This document shows positions 39,795-50,501 of a stretch of DNA of 64,000 nucleotides, one piece after another. Origin of the DNA: Eledone cirrhosa (lineage: Eukaryota). A model generated the notes under the pieces. That model did no database searches. It saw only the letters and a program-made list of their open reading frames with translations, and was not told the origin of the DNA. Position 1 is the first letter of the stretch. Each line of letters begins with the position of its first letter. The stretch covers positions 259,532,001 to 259,596,000 of the forward strand of contig OZ024740.1 of assembly GCA_964016885.1 (NCBI GenBank). Reading direction: 5' to 3'. The translations under genes and the position numbers were made by a program.

Positions 39795-40028
39795 CATCTT
39801 GTGGAGTAAAGACATGAGTTTTTCAAAATGTTTCATGTGTGGATTTTGTGAATGAGAGAAGAAATACTCCTGGATAGAGTAGCGTGTTGATAGAATGGTC
39901 TGGGACTTCTTTAACTCAGCTATCTTGTCTCTTAAGATGTTTAGTTCTTCCAGATTCTCTTCCCATTTGGAATCAAGCATTTGGTCAATGCAATGACGGA
40001 GTAGCGCCGTCTGGATAATGTCTGAACC
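39795..40028 (-). CDS. Roc-COR-like gene exon (Roc end, COR start)
   Basis: ctgcag|GSDIIQTALLRHCIDQMLDSKWEE..HFEKLMSLLHKM|gtgagt, phase 0/0. Confidence 0.82.
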
Positions 40029-40958
40029 CTGCAGTATTTGGTGGTGTGTGAAGGAAGGAGAAAGAAGACAAGAGAGAGAAGTAATGGTGGATTAGAGGTT
40101 GTTATGCAACAGTAATGTGTAATGTCAAACACTGAGAAAGATGTGTATATTCTCATCACCATTATCATCACTGCCACTAATATCATCACCACTATTATCA
40201 TCACCATCATTATCATCATCAAAAGAAGAGAGGAGAAAAGAAAAATGTGAGAGAGGGATGACTGTGGAAGAGAAAGAAATACTAGGTCTGTACCAGTTAC
40301 TGCTGGTACTTAAGCTGTTCAGTTTGCAAACCATGGTTTCATGCTCAATCTCACAACTCAACTAAAGCCTTGTGAGGAAAATTTGGTAGATGTGTGAAAG
40401 CTTGTTGGAGGGACTGGTCTTATTTTGATGTGGTAAATTTAATCCGTCAACCTGGTCCCTGGGTACCTATAGTGGAGTTCACTCTGTTGTAAACATTCAA
40501 GTTAGATCTTTGTTCTGAGAATAACTTCTGCCTTTCTTCCTACCAGACTTAGCAGTCTTGAAAAGGTTCATGGGAGCTTCCCTTTCTCCTATGATTGAGC
40601 CATAGAAGATAATATCAGTCAATAAAATTTGGTTGACTTATGAAGCATTAGGAAATTTCAAATGTTTTTTTAAAATATAGTTGCCACAATGCAGATAACT
40701 ATAATGATATTTGGTAACTATAGATTATAGTTAAATAAAATAGGGTAAAGATGGTGGGTAAATGGGCTGAGACACCTGTAAGGAATCAAAATATGCAGAA
40801 ATCTTCGTCTGCTACTGTCCATCAACTTTACCTGGTTTATTCAACCATTATTTATGGATATCAACTATTATTATAGTTATCTGCACTGTGGTGACTATAA
40901 TATCCGTTAATGTTGGTATATATATCCTTTCCTTAATATAGTGTAAATTTATTCAAAC

Positions 40959-41073
40959 CTGATTTGTTGAAAAATTGAGGACATGAACTTGTTTAGGTAA
41001 TTTAGGACGAGTGTGTAACATTTGAGTCAGTAATTTGATTTTCTCTGTACATTCTTCATTTGTATCTAGGGAC
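40959..41073 (-). CDS. Roc-COR-like gene exon
   Basis: ttctttag|(R)SLDTNEECTEKIKLLTQMLHTRPKLPKQVHVLNFSTNQ|gtttga, 115 nt. Phase 2/0 bridges its neighbours exactly. Confidence 0.75.
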
Positions 41074-42089
41074 CTAAAGAACAAGTTAAAAGGGACTTGA
41101 TAATTATCATGAAAAAATTAATAAACATATCTTACTAACTGACAGGTGATGAATTGTCAGAGTCAATAGAATGTTAGTAGAGTGCATTATGGTATTTATT
41201 CTGGCTCTCTGTTCCCTGAGTTCACATCCCATCGAGGTCAACTTTGCCTTTCATCCTTTCAAGTTTGATAAAATAAAAAGTACCAGTCTAGCACTGGGAT
41301 CAATTCTTCCTCTATGTCTCTTTTTCACTTCCATTCTCTCACTTTCCTTGGCCCTCTCTGGAAGAAATTTGCTGTATTTGGGCCTGGAGAGGGATGGGTT
41401 CTACCAGGTTTTAAATGCCCAAGAAATGCTGTATGCCAATACAGCACCCCTATGACTCCATCAGGAGTTACGGGGCCATACCATACTATACTAACTGACT
41501 CTTTGGAAACATCTTAACTGTTTATTTTTATCTATAAACCTTCCATCATAATTCTATGAAATTGCCTCTCATTCTATTATACAAAACTGCTTGAAGTGTT
41601 TATCATCATCATCATCATCATCATTGTCATTTTAACATCCACTATCCCTACTAGAAAAGGTTGGACAGGTCTACATAGACCAAGTCAGTACTACAGTAGG
41701 GCTGCTGATCTCCTGGACAGGCCAGGGACCTACATTTTGTATTTGTACAGTTTATATTTATCTAAAAATCTTCCATTAGAATTTTCTGTAAAAAACTTTT
41801 AGTTATATTTCAATCTATCGACAAGATCACAGACCTCATTTACTTACTAAGTGGGGTGGAACTTGTCAATCTGGATCAAGGAATCTGTGGCTAAATACAG
41901 ATCTCAGCAAGACTGAATAACAATGACCAGTGGCTAAATAGTGGTCTTACCTAAACAGACCACCATCAAAAGTGTCCAGTGGCTAAAAAGAGGCCTTACC
42001 TAAACCAACCACCAAAACTGACCACTACTTCCATCAAAACTAATCACCACAACCATCAGAACTGACCAGAATTTAAACACAAATCTTAC

Positions 42090-42259
42090 CTAGCTTGTTC
42101 CATCTCCTCTTGTAGGCTGTCCAGTTGGTTTTTCTCATTATCCATAATACTGTTCAAGAGGTACTGAAAGTATTGGTCAGGGACACAGGTTCTAATCCCC
42201 TTCACCTCACCATTCACATCACTGACAATCATCACTATCAATATACTACTGCCAGGATT
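42090..42259 (-). CDS. Roc-COR-like gene exon (G4 region and helical insert)
   Basis: ttgtag|NPGSSILIVMIVSD..NEKNQLDSLQEEMEQA(R)|gtaaga, phase 0/2. Confidence 0.8.
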
Positions 42260-42757
42260 CTACAACATAAATCATGAGAAATAAGGATTTTATTTTAATT
42301 TAATTTAATAAATATTTCATTTTAAGAAGATAAATACTGTCAGGATTCTACTACAGAAAACATTGCCAATAGGGATTTAATAGGGACTTTATTTTCATTT
42401 GATTTAATAACTATTTCAATTAAATAAAATAAAAAATATATTATATTTTAATAAACATTGCTGTTGGTAAGACAGTGTAATAAAACACAATGACACTGTA
42501 GTAGTAGTTGGAGGGACTATATAGGTGATGATGATGGTAACAGAGGTGGTGGTAGTAATGATGGCGATGATGATGATGATAATGGCAAGGAGAAAAAGGA
42601 TGATGATGATAGTGGTGGTGGTGGTGAAGAGGAGGATGTTGATGATGACGATGGTGATGCATAGGAGAACAAAGTTAGACTATGTTAACATGTAATTAAG
42701 ATGTAACTAAGTTGTTATAATATGAAAGGGTAATTAAGGTGTTGTTAAAGTCTAATG

Positions 42758-43050
42758 AAGGCACATGGCTTTGTAGTTAGGGTATTCAGCTCACAATCGT
42801 AAGATCCCGAGTTCGATTCCCGGTGGCATGTTGTGTCCTTGAGCAAGATACTTTACCTCACATTGCTCCAGTCCACTCAGCTGACAAAAATGAGTTGTAT
42901 CTGTAATTCAAAGGGCCAGCCTTGTCACATTCTGTGTCACGCTGAATCTCCCTGAGAACTACATTAAAGTTATGTGTGTTTGTGGAATGCTCAGCCACTT
43001 ACACGTAAATTTCATGAGCAGCCTGTTCTGTTGATCGTATCAACACCGAT
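42758..43050 (+). mobile_element. tRNA-derived SINE, second subfamily
   Basis: GGCACATGGCTTTGTAGTTAG..GAGTTCGATTCC head and CCTTGAGCAAG..GCTCCAGT core with a different tail. A reverse copy lies at ~58470-58735. Confidence 0.8.
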
Positions 43051-43591
43051 AAGGTTATTTTGAAATGTAATGAAACACACAAGCCAGCAACAATGGTTGG
43101 CAACAAGCTTGGAGTGTTGGCAGGAAAGTGTCACTAGCTGTGTAGTTAGTTACTAAGGTGATACCTATCCGTCTTTCACATTCTGTCACTGTATTTCTCT
43201 CTCAACATTTCGTATGGGAAAATCAGTTTCAATTTACAAACAATTTGGATGAAGAACAGCCTTCAGGAACAAATTAAGTTTGTGAACCATGGTTCCACTA
43301 TACATGAAAATAATTGAGCAGCATCTAATAAAAACTATAACACACTATTAAAGGGAAGGAAAAAGGAAATGATAAAAAGAAAAAAAAGAGAATCAAGCAC
43401 CAAATTTGTTAAATTATGCTTCAATCACCAGTTAGTTATTTCATTAAATCTCTCCAAATTCTTGAATATTTTCAAAATTATTTGAAAATCATAGGTAGTG
43501 TCTTTCATTAATTAGAAAGATGATAACGAAAAGATTAAAACATTGGTATTAATCACAGGTGTTGTGAAGATGTAATGGAAGAATTACTTAC

Positions 43592-43702
43592 CTTACATTG
43601 AACAGCATTGATGAAGTTGACCACAGAGTTACAGTTCGGCTTTGGGGAGTGACATGTGATGACGTAGAGGGCAGTTGATGTATAGTAGAGTGGGTGGATT
43701 TT
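43592..43702 (-). CDS. Roc-COR-like gene exon
   Basis: tttcag|KIHPLYYTSTALYVITCHSPKPNCNSVVNFINAVQCK|gtaagt, phase 0/0. Matches the Roc THxxF..ALYVLV pattern. Confidence 0.82.
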
Positions 43703-43999
43703 CTGAAATATCTACTGGCAATGTCAGCAGTAAAGAATAGCAATATAGATATAGCACCAATGTTTAGATATACCTTTAGATATGTGTGTGTGTAAAAGAT
43801 GGCAATCTGATTAGACCTGCTTCTTAAAGAATTTTCTTTTTGTTTCTGCCACTGCCCAATCTTACTATTTCTTCTTTAATTTCTCATTCTATTTTTGGCC
43901 TACTATATCAAGCATAAAACTAATATATTTCTTCACTGTGCTGTGTTGTTTGCTTTGTTATTTCTGTTTACTTTTTGCTTGCATATATATATATATATA

Positions 44000-44449
44000 T
44001 GTATAGCAAAATCTGTCCACGCCTTGAACCCGGGGTGACACAAAAAGGTCAAATTCTGGGTCACCTCCTTTTCGGCGTAATCAAGTTCATACGTGGGCGA
44101 TCCCTCGAGGTGGGAAACAGTAAACGACAGGTATAAAAAGCCTGTATCACCCTACTTCTAAACAGAGAGATCAGAGTAGTATGTGAGAGAATAGCTATGT
44201 AAAACATTCCTCGCTATCTACAGGTCACTAGGGTCTACAGACAACTACAGACCTTTACTCTCTCCCTCCTGGTCTCAGACTACACCAGCATCATAAAGCA
44301 ACACCAAAAACACCTCCAACCCTTATAACTCTTAATAACCTGTTCTTTGTTCATTTATGAAGTGAAGTGAAGTAAACCTTTTATATCAAAAGTAAACCAG
44401 CTATTCGTGTTATTTCATCTAACAATAAATACTAATACCTTTCGCTTCA
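44000..44449 (+). mobile_element. Solo LTR
   Basis: TG...CA termini within a TA tract, internal TATAAAA, homologous to 61377-61836. Confidence 0.7.
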
Positions 44450-44536
44450 TATATATATATATATGTTAAATATTTCCGTAGAAAAGGTAAAGGAAAAAAG
44501 AGTGCTCTATGAATAGTACAGAGTTATTTGATTACA

Positions 44537-44716
44537 TAATAAACAACACAATATAATTATTCCATTACCCAAGGTTTCATGAAGTTAGATGATTCTAACA
44601 GAAACGTCTGTTTCGTTCATCAGATGAAATATCTGAATGAAACAGATGTTTCTGTTAGAATCATCTAACTTCATGAAACCTTGGGTAATGGAATAATTAT
44701 AGTGTGTTGTTTATTA
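44537..44716. repeat. Fold-back with ~80-bp arms and a hammerhead on the minus strand (44563-44626)
   Basis: CAU-CUGAUGA-[branched stem II]-GAAA-CC(uug)GG-UA^AUG. The opposite arm is complementary to most of the motif. Confidence 0.8.
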
Positions 44717-44970
44717 CATAATTATATATATATATATATCACTGTTTGATGACCATCTTTCCATTCTTATATATACATGCAGAAGATAAAGAATAAAAAC
44801 AACAGAAAGATAGATAGAAAGTGATTGATTGAGAAAAAGAGAGGGATAGTGTGTGTGCATGTGAGAGAGAAAGAGGGGGATAGTGTTTGTATGAGAGAGA
44901 GAAAGAGAGAGATGTAGAGTGGGGGGTATCATTGAATATATAGTTTGTGTAAACAGCCAATGTTACAAAC

Positions 44971-45047
44971 CTGATTGTCAGAAAGTTCCCAAATTTCTAT
45001 TAGTGAATCTTTTAAATTTACTGTCAGAAATTCTTCAACTAAATCAC
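44971..45047 (-). CDS. Roc-COR-like gene exon (G3 region)
   Basis: ttttccag|(C)DLVEEFLTVNLKDSLIEIWELSDNQ|gtttgt, 77 nt, phase 1/0. Confidence 0.78.
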
Positions 45048-46178
45048 CTGGAAAAGACATTGTTATCTAATAAGTGGATATGTGGGTAGATAGGTGGGTA
45101 GGTGAGTGGGCTGGTGAATAGGTAGGTAGGTAGATAGGGAGGGAGGTAGGTGGATTGATATGGAGGGCAGTAGGGAGATAAATTGGTGTTAGATATTTAG
45201 GTAGGTAGAAAGATGGATGACCTGAAAAGATATTGCTATCTAATGACAGAAATCACGTAGAATAAGGGAGACTACTTTTGCTCACCATGCTGAAGTTCAT
45301 TCTTAGTAGCAAGCAGTAGTCACCAATTTTTCAAGTAACAATCAGTAGTAATCCTATTTGGCTTTTGTTCATAGGTCTGTGCTTTCAATATTGACCTGGG
45401 ACTGAACAACCACAACAGTAAGTGTTTTATGGTCATTTTCCTTGCTAAAGGAAGAGTTAGCATTGTGGGCCTCAGGGCAAGATTCCCTCACCCCTGCCGT
45501 AGTGTTTGCATCCTCCAAACCTTAACTTTTGATAAGAGGAGATGGGGAATCCATGGGATACTTTGGACTGTACCCTGCTCAGCTATTATTAAACTCACCA
45601 TGAAGTCCTTATTAAGGATTTATAGTTGGATGCCCTTACAGGAGCTAACTCTTTAGTTACCTTTTGCAATTTACCTGGATACTCCGGAAATAGCACAAAA
45701 ACAACTAAAACAATGATTTCTAATTTAGGTGCAAGGCTAGCAATCTGGAGGGAAGGAAAAGACTATTAAATTGCCCACAGTACTTGAAGGGTACTTTATT
45801 TTATCGACCCCAGGAGGATAAAAGCCACTGTTGACATTGGCACGATTTCAAATCAGAATGCAGGAGTCAGCATGAGGACTTCATTGAATTTTCCCTCTCA
45901 CTTTTTGGTTAGTAAATTTTTGCACAAGACCAGCAATTTTGGAGAGAAGGGAACGTTGATTACTTAACTTGTACTTTATTCTATTAAGAGGATTAAAATG
46001 ACCTCAATACTTAACTGGTACTTTAATTGATCAACCTCAGAAGGATGAAAGGTCAAGTTGACCTTGGTGGAATTTGAACTCAGATTGTAAAGACTCAGAA
46101 TAAAGGCCACAAAGCATTTACTCCGATGCTCTAGCAATTCTACCAATCCATACAACAATAACAACATAAATAACATAC

Positions 46179-46330
46179 AGTTTTGTTGATCCTTGAAAGG
46201 ATACCATTGCCACAATGTAACGCCTTCATCACCTTCAGTACCAGAATCATGGAACTGGTCCTTTAGAAAGTTCTTAAGCAGGGACTTTTTGCCAGATTTT
46301 GTTGTCCCCAATAGAAATATTCTAGCAGTC
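46179..46330 (-). CDS. Roc-COR-like gene exon (P-loop)
   Basis: ttgtag|(R)TARIFLLGTTKSGKKSLLKNFL..EGVTLWQWYP..|gtatgt, phase 2/1. Confidence 0.82.
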
Positions 46331-46898
46331 CTACAACAGAGTATAATAAATATATACATCATATATGTATGTATGTATTATGAATGTATCATCATGTATG
46401 TGTGTGTGTAAATGTATGTGTACATGTAAATATATATATATATATGTAATAATTGTTTCTATTTTAGGCACAAGGCCAGCAATTACCCAGTACATTACTG
46501 GTACTTTATTTTATCGACCCCGTAAGGATGAAAGGCAAAGTTAACCTCGGCGGGATTTGAACTCAGACCATAAAGGGACGTAACTCTATGCTTCAAAGCA
46601 TGGTGTCCGACTCTCTACTGATACTGCCAATCCACCGCAGTATATATGTAATAATAATGAGTATAATCAAAGTTGCAACTGCACAATAGCAGATAAACAA
46701 TCAAATTATCGGAGACTGTCACAAAGCATTCAATGAGTGAGTAATTGATAAATTTCTCTTCAGAGTGAACACAAAAACTTATGGAATAGTGACACCATGA
46801 ATAAAGTGAACAGAGGCATGTTGCTACAGTAATACAACAACAATGAAATATACAAACAGGTCAAAGACAAACCTGGATCTAATTGATAGATATTAATC

Positions 46899-47241
46899 AT
46901 CATCATCATCATCATCATTTTACGTCCACTTTTCCCTGCTTGCAAGGGTGGGACGGGAACTGATTCTGGCTTGATTTCTACAGCTGGATGCCCTTCCTAA
47001 CACCAACCTCATTTACAGTGAGTGCTGGGTGCTTTTTTGCCATGGCACCTCCACGACCCCTTTGCAGTGGAATGATAGGGACCCCAGTCCCTATCATCTC
47101 ATTTCTACAGCTGAGTAAACTGGAGCAATGTGAAATAAAGTGTCTTGCTCAAGGTAACAACACATCACCCAGTCTGAGAATTGAACTCACAACCTTTCGA
47201 TTGCAAGGCCAATGCTCTAACCACTAAGCCATGTGCCTTCA
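46899..47241 (-). mobile_element. Full-length tRNA-SINE with 13-bp target-site duplication
   Basis: Same family as 7366. ATAGATATTAATC at 46886-46898 and 47242-47254. Confidence 0.93.
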
Positions 47242-47707
47242 ATAGATATTAATCGATAAATATCTTCCATAGGTTTTTGGGAATACGGTGAGGTACATTC
47301 CAAGTTGCATAATGTATATGCAAGTCAGTAATGCATCTTAAGAAGGGACAGGAGGAATATCCCTTCATCAACAGGTTTTACATTCCAAGTATCCGCTTTC
47401 TTCAGGTTCTGAGACATCACTGCCAGTCGACTGTAGCAGTAAATTTAGCAGTGAGGTCATGTGGCCTTTCTCTCAAAGAGGAAGGCCAGTTGCCTGAGCT
47501 TTGGTAGGTACATTGAAAGTGTGAACAAAGGATTTATTCATAGCCTCGAAATAAGCTCTCAACTAGGTTTACAAACAATCAATTAAACAATTAATTAGAA
47601 AGGCTAGGAGAAATATATATGTGTGTGTGTGTGTGTTAAGTATTTCCGAAGAAAATGCAAAGGAAAAAAGAGTGCTTTATATATAAAAACAGAGCTATTT
47701 AATTAGT

Positions 47708-47864
47708 AAGTGAACAACACAATATATAACTACTCCATTACCAAGGGTTTCAGGATGCTAGAAAATATTAACATATGTCTAGTTTGCTCATCAGACAGAG
47801 TGAACTAGATGTGTGTTAATATTGTCTTTGGTAATGGAGTAGTTATATATTGTGTTGTTCACTT
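47708..47864. repeat. Fold-back with a hammerhead on the minus strand (47734-47799), related to 44537-44716
   Basis: UCUGU-CUGAUGA-..CUAGA..UCUAG..-GAAA-CC(cuu)GG-UA^AUGGA. Shared flank TATTTCCG.AGAAAA.G.AAAGGAAAAAAGAGTGCT at ~44470 and ~47640. Confidence 0.78.
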
Positions 47865-48529
47865 TCCAGCAATGTCAGGAATCTATGGTGTCCCACCTGA
47901 TGTCTCAAGCAACAGTGAGAGGCACCATTACCAAGACAGATATGTGAAACCTCCAGAGAGACAGTTACTTTCAACACCAGATGTTGTTGCCAGTTAACTC
48001 AGACTGAGAAGTTAACACAACAGAAATATCACCTTCAACATTAACACAATATTTAAAAGTAAAGAAATATATTAGTTAGATTAAGATAATAATAATAAGC
48101 GAAATTTGGATAGTAATGCTGAAGACTATTTACAGGGAAATTGAATTAAAACATAAATCTCTATAATTGTTCATACATTATTGTAAATTTATAACAACAT
48201 AAGTATATCAGTGGTTAAAATACAGGGAAATGTAAGTGAAATTTGTATAGGAATAAAAGAGACTACTTCTCTGGTAAATTGAATGAATGAATCTAAATAA
48301 ATAGTAAATACATTATTGTAAATGTTAATATATTTTATATAGATTACATATCAGGTTTAAACTTTTCTAAGTATATGCTGAAAGAGTGAGTTAGTTTATA
48401 ATTACGTTAAATATACATTAACTATTATTGTCAATATTTTAAATACATTTTATAGTACACACACATTAACAACATCCATATTTTGTTAATATAACCTCTC
48501 ACCAACACAACCTTCTCTCTATAAAGTTG

Positions 48530-48945
48530 CTACCACAACATCCAGTCCAAATAAAGGAGAAAATGAGATCGAGATCGTGTAGGTGTCACGACAAAAAGCA
48601 CACAGTCCATGCTGTAATGTGGCCATGTAGGTAACATGGTAAAACGTTCCCAATCCACACTGTAAATGTGGTTAGTGTTAGGAAGGGCATCCAACCGTAG
48701 AAAACCTGCCGGATCCCTATATGAGCGAGACACGGTCACCCGACGAACCTTGCCTCAAATTGGGATAACTCCTGTCTAATTCATGCTAGCGTGGAAGATG
48801 GACGTTTAACGATGATGATGATATATATAGTTCTGTATGAGCGAGACACAGTCTCCCAACCAATTCCGTCTTAAGTGGAACAAAACCGTCCAACCCATGC
48901 TAGCGTGGAAGATGGACATTAAACGATGACGATGATGATAATGAT
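48530..48945 (+). mobile_element. RTE 3'-tail fragments with tandem tail duplication
   Basis: Homologous to 16090-16485 and 16588-16890, with two GCTAGCGTGGAAGATGGAC..(GAT)n ends. Confidence 0.75.
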
Positions 48946-49006
48946 GATATATAAACTCTGTACCAAACTTACCCAGTGGAAAAATGAAATAGTACTTAGT
49001 ACTTAC

Positions 49007-49038
49007 CTCATCATAACATTTGACAGAGACAATTTCAT
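49007..49038 (-). CDS. Candidate first coding exon of the Roc-COR-like gene
   Basis: ATG..MKLSLSNVMM(R)|gtaagt with a perfect donor, and phase 2 fits the P-loop exon. No homology support. Confidence 0.4.
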
Positions 49039-49934
49039 ATATGTATATGTGTAAAAATGTATATGTATATGCAGGTATATACCTAAATATGCAGGTACAT
49101 TCATTCATATGTGTGTATACATATATATACACATGTATATATATATGTATATATATACATACATATATTTAACTAATGATGAATTTTTAAAAATAAACTA
49201 CATGCATTTTTCTAATCATCAGATGAGTATGTATTATATAAGTTTACTATTCATTATATATTATTATTATTTTTATTATTTGCACATATTAACAGTTTAA
49301 GCAACTAATATCTGCTTCACCCTTTGGTCCTTGTATTTATTATTATTGCTATATATATGTGTGTGTGGATACACCAAACCCACACTGCTAGGTTTCAAGA
49401 AACTGTAGAAGTGGCTTTAATCCCATGATGACGACCAGCCGTCTATGTGGTGATGTCCATCAATAAAGGAGGTTTTATCCAGTTATGTAGAAAAGAGCAC
49501 CAACTGCTAGAGCCTGGCAGAATGAATGGAACCTGGATGACAGGTTATGTGTGTGTGAATGTATTTATGTGCATGAGAGAGCGTTCATATATTTCTGTAA
49601 GTATGTGTGTGCGTGAAGGATTATATATGTGTTAGGAAGTGTGTGTATTTATATATTAGTGTATTTGAGTGCGTTTGTATGTATGTGTATGTGTGTATAT
49701 ATGTGTATGTACATATATTTGTCTGTAGGTATTATATATATATATAGTAATAATAATAAATTTGAAGACTAAAATCCAAAGAGGGCTCAATAAGGATAAA
49801 TATATATCAAATATATAAGAACCAATTATATGTATACACGCACACACACACATATATATTATTTTATGTGTATTTGGTGTATACGTTCGTAAGCAGCGAT
49901 TCTTTGCTTAAATGTTAATCTGTTATTTTAATAA

Positions 49935-49972
<38 letters not shown>

Positions 49973-50100
49973 CCTACAGACAAATATATGTATATATATA
50001 TATATATATATATGCACCCTCTCAACACATGGATAAACCATGCACACACACAGATATATGTCTATATGTGTGTGTGTGTGTATATATATACATACAGTTC

Positions 50101-50275
50101 ATTGGCTTTGCAATCGAAAGGTTGTGAGTTCAATTCTCAGACCGGGTGATGTGTTGTTTCCTTGAGCAAGGCACTTTATTTCACATTGCTCCAGTTTACT
50201 CAGCTGTAGAAATGAGATGATAGGGACTGGGGTCCCTATCATTCCACTGCAAAGTGGTCGTGGAGGTGCCACAGC
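50101..50275 (+). mobile_element. Partial tRNA-SINE
   Basis: Matches ~7393-7565. Confidence 0.85.
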
Positions 50276-50451
50276 AACAACAACAGTCTCACCCACCACC
50301 ACAACAACAACAACCACCACCACCACCACCACCACTACAACAACTACCACCACATCAACAACCACAACCACCACCACCACCACTACCACCACCACAACCA
50401 TACTAGCATGGCTATCACACATTCCTTACCATGTGCATATGTGTGTGTGTA

Positions 50452-50501
<50 letters not shown>

